Shown: in pieces, positions 1 to 33,135 of the stretch
Numbering within the stretch: position 1 is the stretch's first letter
Layout of the letters: every line of letters starts with the position of its first letter
DNA from: Carcharhinus longimanus
Taxonomy: Eukaryota
Direction of reading: 5' to 3'
Assembly: GCA_030264375.1 (NCBI GenBank)
Contig: JASCQW010000099.1
Span: 64,863,596 to 64,927,210 of the forward strand
DNA: 63,615 nucleotides
The notes under the pieces: generated by a model
Told to the model about the DNA's origin: nothing
The model's input: only the letters and a program-made list of their open reading frames with translations
Database searches by the model: none
Translations under genes and position numbers: made by a program

Positions 1-762
1 CAGGCGAGGTGAGGCATTTGGAATGGAGTGCTCTAAGAGGCAACTGTACCTGCTAATCCTTTGTGTCACCCCCTTCACCTCCCCAGTTCCTACCCTCTCC
101 CCCCCCACCTCCCCACCCCCATCTCCCAACACCTCCTCCCCCACCTCCTTTCCCCCTNNNNNNNNNNNNNNNNNNNNNNNNNNNNNNNNNNNNNNNNNNN
201 NNNNNNNNNNNNNNNNNNNNNNNNNNNNNNNNNNNNNNNNNNNNNNNNNNNNNNNNNTCCACGCTCCAACCACCACTACTGCTGGTTTTGGCTGATCCCT
301 TGTCAGCATTTTCTGATTTAATTACAGACTTCATCTGCACGCTGTCTGGGTTTTCCATTTGTCCCATCCTATTGTCTCATCCTCATGGCCTTTGATGTAA
401 AGTTATCTCAGCCTTCCAACAAGCTTCCATTTTTTTTGATGATTGTCGCTGATTCCAATGATACAAACCAATGTTTGTTTGTTTTCCTTTTTCTCTTTCC
501 TTTTTAATTCCGTTCACACATTTACCTATTTTGCCGTTTTCATTTCTGAAAGACCAGCTTGAAACAATTTGTCTGTTCTCTCCATAGGTGCTAACTAACC
601 CGATGTGTATTTCCAGCATCCTTTTCATTTCAGATTTCCAACTTTTTTGTTCGCTTTTATTTGTTTTCAAACTGGCAAGGTAGCAAATTTTTTAGAAAGT
701 GAAACCCACAGTCTATTCTGTGAACTATGAAATGCTTTGTTTTCAAAGATTTTGGATGGTAT

Positions 763-1111
763 TCATAGAAGATCATAGAAACCTACAGTTCATAAAGAGG
801 CCCTGTGGCCCATCGAGTCTGCACGACCACAATCCCACCCTGGCCCTACCCCTCTATTCCTACATATTTTGCACACTGATCCTCTAATCTAAGCATCTCA
901 GGACAGTAAGGGGCAATTTTTTAAGCATGGCCAATCAACCTAACCCACACATCTTTGGACTGTGGGAGGAAACCAGAGTATCTGGAGGAAACCCATGCAG
1001 ACATGAGGAGAATGTGCAAACTCCACATAGACAATGATCTGAGCTGGGAATCGAACCCAGGTCCCTAGAACTGTGAAGCAGCAGTGCTAACCACTGTGCT
1101 ACTGTGCCACC
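763..1111 (-). mobile_element. Full-length tRNA-derived V-SINE (HE1-like, tail type A)
   Basis: On the minus strand: A box (TAGCACAGTGG), B box (GGTTCGATTCC), V-domain-like GGGTTTCCTCC...GTTTCCTCCCACAGTCCAAAGATGTG, and a CR1-like tail ending in TTCTATGA repeats. Confidence 0.85.
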
Positions 1112-1733
1112 CTTGTATGTATCGTATATAGATGATCAGAATATTAAAATGAAATGTGGTTGGAGAGAGTTGGAGAGTGCAGCTGTATTTCACAGGGTTC
1201 TTCCTCTATCAGACATTCAGTGTAATCTGTGAAACATGTATATAGACATAGTTCATACAATAACAGCTTTTGGACTTTCTCACAGCTTGTTAATTGTCGA
1301 TTTACAGGTTCATTATCTAGTTAGTTATGCGACTGGATTCATATCTCTTATTGAGTTTGTTTTTAAAAGAGAACACTTAAAGATGTTGCTGAGTGCAATC
1401 ATAAAACATATATATTACAAATAAAACTATTTAATTTGTAACGTCCGTCCATTAATACTAAGTAGGACCATTTAGATATCTTAACTTTTCCTAAAACAGT
1501 TGCATATGAACTTTTAAATAATAAAAGGCCATTTCTGGGATAAACATTTATGCCTTTGGTCTTCTATCTCNNNNNNNNNNTTAACATTGAGCAAAACACC
1601 TGACTGCAATTATGAACAATAATTGAATATTTATTACATGGCAGGCAGAAGTTCATACAAATTATATGCATAATATGTAACCCGAGATTTCAAATCATTT
1701 GTGACCAGTTGTCTTTGATATTTATACCCACAG

Positions 1734-1927
1734 GTGAACAGTCATCGTCTAACACCACAGATGTTCCCTGCTGGTTTACACAAGGGATTCAGTATCTTGA
1801 TTCAACATACCCTGGGGCGCCTTCCAGATTTGTGTTTGACTTTCTAATGCTGTACGCTTTCTTGCCTGCTCTAGTTATCCTCGGCATTATTAGTTTCAAG
1901 ATTAGAGATTTAATCATCCAGAGGTAG
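1734..1927 (+). CDS. ABCG5: ABCG5 (sterolin-1) terminal coding exon; upstream exons lie outside the window
   Basis: Acceptor cccacag at 1727-1733 (phase 1). Translates [64 protein letters not shown], matching the vertebrate ABCG5 C-terminus as recalled (CAFTQGIQF...PGATSRF...[22 protein letters not shown]). Tail-to-tail with DYNC2LI1 as in human. Confidence 0.93.
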
Positions 1928-2029
1928 TGAGAACAGACAGCCTGCAATTTGAAGTATTAACACTCCTGAAGTAATATGAGGAAACTAGACCTTATGATCA
2001 ATTTTCTCCAATCTAGACACCTCTTCTGC

Positions 2030-2310
2030 TGGGGTACATTGCCCTCCCATACTTAACCACATGACCATTATTTTTGTCTGACTGCTTAGTGAATTTGCCA
2101 GGCCATTCAACACAGCTAGCGCACAGCCCAGCCAAATCCAATCCTATCCTCAAATATGCATTCCCGGGAGGGACAAATATAGAAAGAAGGAGACCTATCT
2201 GATATCCCCTTTCTCCTGAGGCCTTTTTTGTGACTTCAGCTAAGATCTAGTAACACAGCATGGACTGAGGATCAAACATAGGACCAGATACTGGGCAAGA
2301 CGACAGCTCA
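2030..2310 (-). mobile_element. Old, diverged tRNA-SINE-like repeat (similar copies near 11730-12020, 49490-49745, 56230-56420)
   Basis: Degenerate B-box and shared internal segments between copies, seen by eye; family not named. Confidence 0.35.
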
Positions 2311-3120
2311 GTGACTATCGCTGATTGCTGTGCAGACACATGGATTTGGGNNNNNNNNNNNNNNNNNNNNNNNNNNNNNNNNNNNNNNNNNNNNNNNNNN
2401 NNNNNNNNNNNNNNNNNNNNNNNNNNNNNNNNNNNNNNNNNNNNNNNNNNAATAAATTGTCCCTAAATCAGATTCCCTCAATCTGGATGGCCATAAAACA
2501 TTAGACAGGGGTCGTGGGTGGAGAGGGAGACTGGTGGTGTTGAGATGGTGGCGCGGGCTCTTTGGGCCGAAGGGCCTGTTTCCCGGGCTGATTTTGTTCT
2601 TTGTTCTTTGTTCTCAATCTGTACGGATTAACCTTTCAACAAACTCACTGAGCCATGAAGAAATGAAAGAGATCCTTTTTATTCAAACTGACTTGTAATT
2701 GGAACCTCTAGTAACATTCAAATGAAAAATCATTAGTGCGCTCCTCTAACACTGAATGTTGTTAGAAGCTGATAGATGACAAAGCATGTTGGTTATGAAG
2801 TTTTTTGGGAATTATGACCATGAACCCATTTTCAAACATTCTTGGTAGCACAAAGTGACAAGGCTATTTTGAAAAACATGATTGTCTTATGGATATAACA
2901 GAACTAATGCTGCTATTAGGCCATGATTTTTTAATAAATATTTGCTTTCATTCCATCTGGAAGGTTTAAGTTGTACACAGATGTATTATTTAATGTGATC
3001 AGCATAACAGCTGTTTTGAAAATGTGTTTCCAAATAGAGCACATCATTACAAGACCAATAAATGATTTCATTTTATTCAAATTATATCACTGTGATGTAA
3101 TTATATGAATGTATACATAT

Positions 3121-4510
3121 AATCATAGAATCCCTACAGTGCAGAAGAAAGCCATTCGGCCCATCGAGCCTGCAGTGACAACAATCCCACCCAGGCCATA
3201 TCCCTGTAACCCCATGTATTTACCCTGCTAATCCCCTTGAACTAAGAGGTAATTTATCATGGTCCTAAACATTGTCTGCTTCACCTCACCCTGGCCAGAT
3301 TAACGCGGCTGGTGGGGATCCCATCTTGCAGTCAAACAAACAAAACACAAGGTGACACCATTCACCATTGGCACTTGGAACGTACGCACGCTGTTGGACA
3401 ACCCTACAGCAGACAGACCAGAGAGAAGAACAGCCTTAGTTGCCAGAGAGCTTTCAAGATGCAACATTGACATTGCAGCCCTGAGCGAAACTCGTCTTGC
3501 CAATGTAATCAGTTGACTGAAACTGGAGGTGGATACACTTTTTTCTGGAGCGGTCGTGGCAGCGATGAGTGTTGTGATGCCAGAGTTGGAGTCACCATCA
3601 GGAGTCACCTTGTTCAGAAACTTGATAGTCTATCCAAGGGTGTGAACGACCGGCTTATGACAATACAGCTTCCGCTACAGAACAGAAGTCAAGTCACCCT
3701 GATCAGCGCCTATGCCCCCACAATGAACAACCCGGACAAGATGAAAGACAAGTTCTACGAAGAACTAGACGCCCTACTATCAGCANNNNNNNNNNNNNNN
3801 NNNNNNNNNNNNNNNNNNNNNNNNNNNNNNNNNNNNNNNNNNNNNNNNNNNNNNNNNNNNNNNNNNNNNNNNNNNNNNNNNNNNNATTGAATGGCAGGGC
3901 AGGCTCGAAGGGCCAGATGGCCTACTCCTGCTCCTATTTCTTATGTTCTTATGTTCTTATGTATGCTGGATGAGCACATATCCAAGCAGCTCCTTTTTGG
4001 GGAACTCTCTGCTGAAAGTCACTCGCATGGAGGGTGGAAGAAATGTTACAAAGACACACTCAAGGCCTCCCTGAAGTCGCCCGATATAGACACGACCACC
4101 TGGGAAACGCTAACACAAAACCGCCCTACCTGGCGCTGCCTCATCCATAAGGGCTGCCAAACTTACGAAGCAAGGTGCAATGCTGAAGCACAACTTAAGC
4201 ACAAGCTGCACAAGTCCAGAGCCACCAGCGCAACAACTACAGTGTCTACACAAGTCTTTGTGGATGAGGCAGCCTCAAAATGACTAATGGTGTCGAGCTC
4301 CTCAGCGATGACGATGGACGAACAACAATTTATCACGGCCAATCCACCTAACCTGCATATCTTTGGACGGTGGGAGGAAACCAGAGCACCCATAGGAAAC
4401 CCATGCCAACACAGGAAGAATGTGCAAACTCCACACATTCACCCGACACCGGAATTGAGCCCAGGTCCCTGGCGCTGTGAGACAGCAGCGCTAACCACTG
4501 TGTTGCCCCA
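3121..4510 (-). mobile_element. HE1-like SINE split into 3121-3264 and 4327-4510 by an RTE insertion
   Basis: The two halves join to a complete SINE; duplicated AATTTATCAYGGYC at both junctions. Confidence 0.8.
3265..4326 (+). mobile_element. RTE-clade LINE (endonuclease 5' part, gap, 3' end)
   Basis: IGTWNVRTLLD...RPERRTALVARELSRCNIDIAALSETR and GYTFFWSG...LISAYAPT (APE endonuclease); 3' KQLLFGEL...GGWKKCYKDTLKASLK; GGACGAACAAC tail. Confidence 0.85.
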
Positions 4511-6295
4511 TTTATTGCCCATCTCTAGTTACCCTTGAGAAGTTGACAGTAACCTGTTGCAATGAAATGCAATGGACTGTTTTATGAGACTCTCCATGGT
4601 TTAGCCTTTAATGGAGAAAATTTTTCTATATTATAATAAATGATAACACTTCAAAAAATATTTAAAGCCCTTTGAGATGTCAAATGCTATACGTAGGACT
4701 ATTAGTAGCTACATATGTAAATAGTTCCAGCAGACAGTACTAGATAGTTATGTTGCTGAAGCCAATTGCCATTTTCCTTCCCCCATTTGCTGAGATTAGC
4801 TAATTTTTGATATACCATTTTTTAATATCCTTTGATATAGCATATATTAGGGTAATAGGGTCATGAAAAGTGCCATATACATGTAAATCCTTATTTGTTT
4901 CTCATGTGTAAAACATTTATGATAAGATCTATGTCAGTGTAGTAGTGATCTGCCCAAGGGCAGGCCCTCTGCTCTCATTTCTCCACTCCTCCAGGTCCTG
5001 CGCTTTCCAGGTCCTGCGCTTTCCAGTTCCATTCACATAAGAGCCATATTCAACCTCAATGAGCAATATGACAAGAGACATGAGATGGATGCCCATTGCC
5101 TCCCTCAGGCGTGCTTAAGGGAAACACAAGTCCTCTTCCCAAAGGATCTTTCACCTGTAAGCACTCATTGTCACTCGAAGTTCTAGCACTTCCACCATCA
5201 CCACTAAAATATTTATTTGACTGGTTGTGCTGTTGCCATAGCAACATATCCTGAACCTGGAACTCAGTTATCTAACTCCAAGATGACTCACAGAAGGGCA
5301 TGGACAATCATCCAAAGGTCTTAAATGACCCTACTACCATAAGATATATTGGAGAATATTAAAATCCACGTGTATCAAAAATCAACTCATCTCAGTAATA
5401 GGAACATGGCAATTGACTTCAGCAATCGAGCAATCTAGTACCTATTGCCGGAACTGTTTACATCAGTAATTATTAAACGTCCTACATAAAGCATACACTG
5501 CCTGTAAGCATACAATACTTTGCCAATTTGACCAATTAAGTTAGAGCTTCATACATGGGAATTATCCTTCTTGTTCTTCTCCAACATCAATATCACTTTG
5601 AATGGTGAATGCAAACAATGAATATTCCACATGTCGTCTTACCATTCAGCTTTTATTTGCCTCTCACTGTTTATTGTTCACTTTTTCTTCCACTGCTTTG
5701 CATCCTGCAACATTTTCAGTGCAGAAGGTAAGGAGATCTGCTGTTATGCTTCTGCTGTTCCACAGCCTGCACCTGCTTGAAGATTAATAGTTTTTTGTGA
5801 CTGCCTGACTATTGTTATAGCTGATTAATTTTGAACCATACAGACTTGATTCAAAATCTTTCCAGGCAGCAAGATTTGTTAGATTTTGAAATAAGCTGCA
5901 GGAGTGTTGCATGCTGTTTGAATCTTGTGTTTCTTGCTAATGAGGTTACACATGTCTTCCCATATCTTAGTGACAAATTTTTGACAATGAATTTCACAAG
6001 TGTACAGAACCACTAATTTCTTCCTTTTTAATATATACTAAATAAACCATTGTCATTTTGAATATACAATTACTAAACATGAAAAAATTCAGAAAAAAAT
6101 CACTGAAGTAGAACTAAAATATATGAATACATATTAATATAAAAACAAATGACAGGTAAAATGCTTAGGATACTGGATACTTTTTGGAAATAAATACTAA
6201 CATACTGTCAAAATATATTTCATTTCAAAATGTACAAAATTATGCATTTTCAAAACTAAAATGTAAAATGATGCATATAAATACTAAAGGTAAGA

Positions 6296-27230
<20,935 letters not shown>

Positions 27231-27319
27231 CCTGCACAGTGAAAGACCCACCCGCTCCCTAACCTCGCTTTAACCTGAATCTCGGCTCCGCACAATGCCA
27301 CACAGGTCGCCCAGGCCCC

Positions 27320-27421
27320 GTTGCCATGGGAAACATGCGTTGCCACGCAAGCCTATGACGTCACACGCACCGACACTGCCATGCACTCTGGGAATTGTAG
27401 TACATCAAACAAGTGACGTCA
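27320..27421. promoter_or_regulatory. DYNC2LI1 proximal promoter: RFX X-box, two CRE sites and a ZNF143/THAP11-type motif
   Basis: GTTGCCATGGGAAAC at 27320-27334; TGACGTCA at 27356-27363 and 27414-27421; ACTACAATTCCCAGAGTGCA on the minus strand at 27382-27401; local CpG enrichment 90-190 bp upstream of the ATG. Confidence 0.8.
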
Positions 27422-27984
27422 TTGGGTCCCTTCGGAAGAGGAGAGGCACAAGTTGGAAAGTGACTATATTGGAATTATATTGCCCTGCATCACGGCAGGG
27501 TTTTAAAATCCCATTGCATGGTTTGTCATATCAGGTTTTAAAAATCTGCACTAAGATAAAGATGAAATACTGCAGATGGTGGCATCTGAAGCTAAATTGC
27601 AAAGTGCTGCAACATCTCAGCAGGTCTGACAGCATCTGTGGAGTGAGAATAGAACCGACACATCAAGCCTGGATGACTCTTTGTCAGCTCGGACCTACTG
27701 AGATATTCCAGCACTTTCTGTATTTGACAAGAAACCTGCACCATATATTATAATACTAGCAAAGACCTGTGTGAATTTCTTTTTGAAACATGCATTCCTT
27801 TATTGTCCTTGTAGACTACTTCTGCTGGTATATATGTGGACAAAATGTGCTTTAATTTTCAATACACCACACCCCCTCCAAAGCAAATGAGACATAGTAT
27901 GTTTTCAAAATATAAATAATAAGTGTAAAACAATAAGATTAAGCATAACCTGAACATTCAACTTTCCCAATAACACAATGTTTT

Positions 27985-28345
27985 GTTCATTCACGGGATG
28001 TGTCGGCATTTATTGCTCATCCCTAATTACCCTTAACCTCACTGGCTTGTTTGGCCATTTCAAAGGGCAGCTAAGAGTCAACCATATTGCTGTGGGCCTG
28101 GAGTCGCATGTAGGCCAGTGTGTGACATCATGTACATGTGGGCCAGATAGGTGAAGGCTACAGATTTCCTTCCCTACAGAACCAGATGGGTCTTTACAAC
28201 AATGGGCATCACTGGACTTTTCCAGATTTTAATTGAATTCAAATTACACCATCGGCCACGATGGAATTTGAAACTCAGTTCTCAGACGTAACTCTGGGTC
28301 TCTGGATTATTAGTCCAGTAACAATACCACTATGCCACCACCTCA
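27985..28345 (-). mobile_element. Deu-domain SINE (SacSINE1-like); partial copy at 46270-46470
   Basis: tRNA-like head at the right end, central GACTCCAGGCCCACAGCAATATGGTTGACTCTTAGCTGCCCT, tail GGGATG-GCAATAAATGC shared with the LINE end at 42767-43100. Confidence 0.65.
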
Positions 28346-28361
28346 TCACTATTATATATTT

Positions 28362-28560
28362 GGTTAGTTCATTTGGCTAGATGGCCAGTTCATGATGTGG
28401 AGCAATGCCAATAGATTCAATTCCTGTACTCACTGAGGTTATTCATGAATGCTCTGCCTTCTCAACCTTGTCCCTCACCTGAGGTATGGTGATCCTCAGA
28501 TTAAATCCCCATCAGTTGGCTCTCTCTCAAAGGGGAGAACAGCCTATGGTCCTCTGGGAA
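28362..28560 (+). mobile_element. Diverged tRNA-derived SINE of a further family
   Basis: Degenerate A/B boxes followed by CTTCTCAACCTTGTCCCTCACCTGAGGTATGGTGATCCTCAG. Confidence 0.5.
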
Positions 28561-28667
28561 TAATTTTTATAATAATTGAACAATGCATTCAGTCATGTAC
28601 AATGTGATAAAAGATTTATTCATCAACTGAAAATAGGTTACTTTATAATATAATCATTTAATCAGTG

Positions 28668-28925
28668 TGGCACGGTGGCACAGTTGTTAGCACTGCTATC
28701 TCATGACGCCAAGGACCTGGGTTCGAGTCCCAGCTTGGGTCACTGCCTGTGTGGAGTTTGCATGTTCTCCCTTTGTCTGCGTGGGTTGCCTTTGGGTGCT
28801 CCAGTTCCCTCCCACAGTCNNNNNNNNNNNNNNNNNNNNNNNNNNNNNNNNNNNNNNNNNNNNNNNNNNNNNNNNCAATGTTAATGTAAGCCTTACTTGT
28901 GGCTAATAAATAAACTTTACTTTAA
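28668..28925 (+). mobile_element. V-SINE, tail type B (internal gap)
   Basis: GGCACGGTGGCACAGTTGTTAGCACTGC head; tail B follows the Ns. Confidence 0.85.
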
Positions 28926-29285
28926 GTTTGGTGCATGTTTTCTCTTATGAGTAGGATATCATCTGACATTGGGTGTGGTCTCATTTAACTCATGTTTTTC
29001 ATCCGAGATGTCAATGTTGGAATCAGATTTAATGCTTACGAATTTTCACTAGTGTTGAAAAATTACACATTTTATGTGATGATTTACGAACTGCGATTAG
29101 CAATGATCATTGATCCTTTTCTGTTGATCACAACTGGTGGCTAGATAGGGATAATTTGCTTTTCGATGTTGACAAGCATCATGTTTGACAAGCACCTTAT
29201 CTCCTGCTTTTTGTGGCAGAGCTGTAAACTTCATGTTTTGCTCTGTGTTTCTTTTATTCATTCCTTCTGTTCTCTATTGCATTTG

Positions 29286-29424
29286 CACAATGGCACAGTG
29301 GTTAGCACTGCTACCTCACAACACCAGGGACCCAGGTTCAATTGTAGTCTCCGGGTCACTATGTGGGATTTGCACTTTCTCTCTGTGTCTGCATGGGTTT
29401 CCTCCAGGTGCTCCGGTTTCCTCC
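29286..29424 (+). mobile_element. V-SINE head running into an assembly gap
   Basis: A/B boxes and start of the V-domain. Confidence 0.8.
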
Positions 29425-32134
29425 NNNNNNNNNNNNNNNNNNNNNNNNNNNNNNNNNNNNNNNNNNNNNNNNNNNNNNNNNNNNNNNNNNNNNNNNNNNN
29501 NNNNNNNNNNNNNNNNNNNNNNNNNNNNNNNNNNNNNNNNNNNNNNNNNNNNNNNNNNNNNNNNNNNNNNNNNNNNNNNNNNNNNNNNNNNNNNNNNNNN
29601 NNNNNNNNNNNNNNNNNNNNNNNNNNNNNNNNNNNNNNNNNNNNNNNNNNNNNNNNNNNNNNNNNNNNNNNNCCTTCCTTCAAAGTCTTGCACTTAGCTG
29701 CAATTGTCCGTACTACTTTTACAGGATGCACATAAATCTCTCAACTTTGGGCTATGTTTCTTTGATGAGTGAAATCCAGGTTACAAATTTACTAAACTCG
29801 TTGTTACTGAATGAGCGTCCCCCACCACTTCTCATTGTTTGAGGAACGCCAATCAAAGTGAAGAACTTGCAAGCTTTGTGATGACTGCTTTAGTTGAAGT
29901 AGATAAAGTGGCCAGTAACTTCATGCTCAAAAGCCAGATTAAGTCAATTGTGCCCCGCACATGAATGTCAGGACAACATGGAAGTGCCAGTGTATGTGTG
30001 CATGTGCGCTGAAAGGGCACCAATCTAGAACCTTTTACTGAGATTCTGAAAGCTTCCAGTATGGAAGCGCTGAGCTGTAATAGTGCCAAAAACTCTGTCA
30101 CTTGCTCGGGTTTTACGTCAGGTTTTGTCTTTATTTATTTGAATTGTTATTTTTTGGTCTAGCTGCAATGAGTAGAGGCAGCAAACATTCTTTGGGTGGG
30201 TTTTTTTTTGTAAGTGTTTTAAAAAGATGTTTAATATATATGTAATATACAGAAAGTGAAAAACATCTTTACAACTTTGTCATGACAACTAATTCCGGTA
30301 AAAAAGTACATTCATAGTAACAAGGTAGATGTTAGTGTCTGGAATAAATTTCAGCAGAAGTACATTTGGATTTTGCAATATATTTTAAGCAGTATTTAAC
30401 CCTATTTTAAGAGCCTCCCTAGTGCAATGTTAAACTTCAAATGCTCCAGAAATGTGTATTCCTTAAGTTGGCGTATGCAAATCTCCAGTAAGCTGATGTG
30501 AACTGATCCTGATAGGTATTACAGAATTCAGTACAGGTTGAAAATCTGGAGTCATGTTCCACCACCACTGGAACATCATACTTTTGGCTTGATTCTTAAC
30601 AAAGTTATTTTTCAGGCTTGGATGTAGGCACAGAAGAGTCAAGATACTTGTCAAGTCTAAACTCTTCCCTCCTTCCTTTCCCCCCTCCACCCTTTCATTC
30701 TGCCCCCCTTTCATCCTGCCTCCCTTTCAATCCACCCTCTTTTACATCAGCTTTTCACTCCTCTCNNNNNNNNNNNNNNNNNNNNNNNNNNNNNNNNNNN
30801 NNNNNNNNNNNNNNNNNNNNNNNNNNNNNNNNNNNNNNNNNNNNNNNNNNNNNNNNNNNNNNNNNNNNNNNNNNNNNNNNNNNNNNNNNNNNNNNNNNNN
30901 NNNNNNNNNNNNNNNNNNNNNNNNNNNNNNNNNNNNNNNNNNNNNNNNNNNNNNNNNNNNNNNNNNNNNNNNNNNNNNNNNNNNNNNNNNNNNNNNNNNN
31001 NNNNNNNNNNNNNNNNNNNNNNNNNNNNNNNNNNNNNNNNNNNNNNNNNNNNNNNNNTTTAGTGATAACAGAATTGTTGCGTAATGTATAAAAATATTTG
31101 ATTGATTGCTGTTAGAAAAATGTGTACTTTGTAAGAAACTTGAAAAAATGAGACAATTAAACAAGTTCATGCAGCTGCTAAAATAAAATGTTTGGTTAAA
31201 TGTTAAAGTGGTATCAAAGTTTTGTATTTATAACATTATTTTTGTTAATAAATATTTTCCATTAAACTACAAAATTCTACAAATGCTTTACTGAAACAAA
31301 ACGTTTATATATGAAATTATATAAATGCCTTATTGAAGCATTCAGAATAGTTAAATATGAAAATTATAAATGAAGTAAGCAAGGCAGAAGATTACAAATG
31401 ATAAACGCATAGATTTCCATGGCCCAAAATGTGAACTCTGCTGAATCTCATGCAGGTATCCAAATCATAGTCTGTGAAGTCCTGACTTTTCATCTTCCCA
31501 ATTAAATTTTCAATTTCCATGATCTAATCTAAACCACATGAACACTTACATAACTTTTATAATAATATAATGCAGATTCAAATAGTTTCCCAGATTTAGA
31601 ATATTCTAAATTGAAACTTACTGATACTTATAAGCATGCCACATGTAAAATTATATAATGCAGATTTAAATAGTAGTTTCACAAATTTAGAACAGATAAT
31701 GAAACCTATTTATACATCAAATAATACTCATCTTCAATCATTAGAAAAATACTTTTTAAACGAATCAGTAACAATGGCAGTAGCTACTTAAAATAAGTAG
31801 TTTTTAAAAAAAAAAATGCTTCAACATACCTTTTATAACAGCAGGAAAATCCTTCTTGTTTTCAATGTAAAACTGATGGTTCCAAACTGGATCTTGATGG
31901 GCATTTCCAGTCTGACTGCATCATATGGGGCATGGTGCAGGTCTTCCTGTGTTACGCTAGGGTCTGTGGAGATGATTCTGCTGAAGACTGAAGTCTCTTG
32001 CTCCCACTGGGAGTTTTGGCACAATTTCTCAGGGCAGGTAAGAAATTTCTTGCATTTTTGCAGACCATAGCTGTCCACTAGCGATTGAAGGTTATGGGCC
32101 AATTATTTTGAAAATTGGGAATCTATTGTAGTCA

Positions 32135-33135
32135 TCAGTGACAACCAGCAGGCGAGTTGTCATTTGTCATTTGTATAAATGATTTGGATGAGAATATAGG
32201 AGGCAAGGTTAGTAAGTTTGCAGATGACACCAAGATTGGTGGTATCATGGACAGTAAGAAGGTTATCGCGGATTACAATGGGATCTTGATCAATTGGGCC
32301 AGAGGGCTGATGAACACAGAGGGAGTATAATTTAGATAAATGTGAGGTGATGCATTTTGGTAGACTGAACCAGGGCAGAACTTACTCAGTTAATGGTAGA
32401 GTGTTGGGGAGAGTTACAGAACAAAGAGATCCCAGGGTACAGGTTCATAGCTCCTCAAAAGAGGAGTCACACATGGATAGATTGGTGAAGAAGGCTTGGT
32501 TTCATTGATCAGAGCATGGAATGCAGGAGTTGGGATGTCTTGTTGAAGTTGTACAAGACATTGGTAAGGCCACACTTGGAATACTGTGTACAGTTCTGAT
32601 CACCCGACTATAAAAAGGATAACATTAAATTAGAAAGAGTGCAGAAGATATTTTCTAGGATGCTACTGGGACTTGATACTTTGAATAATAAGGAGAGGCT
32701 TGATAGACTGGGACTTTTTTCTCTGGAGTTTAGAAGACTGAGGGATGATCTTATAGAAGTCTATAAAATAATGAGGGGCATAGATCAGCTAGAAAGTCAA
32801 TATCTTCTTCCAGAGGTGGGGGAGTCTAAAACTAGAGGGCATAGGTTTAAGGTGTGAGTGGAAAGATACATAAGCGTCCAGAGGGGCAATTTTTTTCACA
32901 CAGAGGGTGGTGAGTGTCTGGAACAAGCTGCCAGAGGTAATAGTAGAGGCGGGTATAATTTTGTCTTTTGAAAAGCTTTTAGAAGGTTACATGGGTGAGA
33001 TGGGTATCGAGAGATATGGACCAAATGTGGGCAATTGGGACTATCTTAGGTGTTTAAAAAAAGGGTGGCATGGACAAGTTGGCCGAAGGGCCTGTTTCCA
33101 TGCTGTAAACCTCTATGACTCTATGACCCTATGAT
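32135..33135 (+). mobile_element. 5'-truncated CR1 LINE
   Basis: INDLD...SKFADDTKIG, LVRPHLEYCVQF, RLRDDLIEVYKIM, KTRGHRFKV; CTATGA-repeat tail. Confidence 0.92.

Noticed and set aside
27295-27753. 152-aa plus-strand ORF divergent from DYNC2LI1
   Set aside because: Runs through promoter motifs and a Penelope-type repeat; no recognisable protein.
28668-28745. tRNA genes suggested by A/B boxes
   Set aside because: All are SINE heads followed by V-domain sequence; no cloverleaf with a terminator.
29166-31170. Long ORFs containing X runs
   Set aside because: Artefacts of translating through N gaps.
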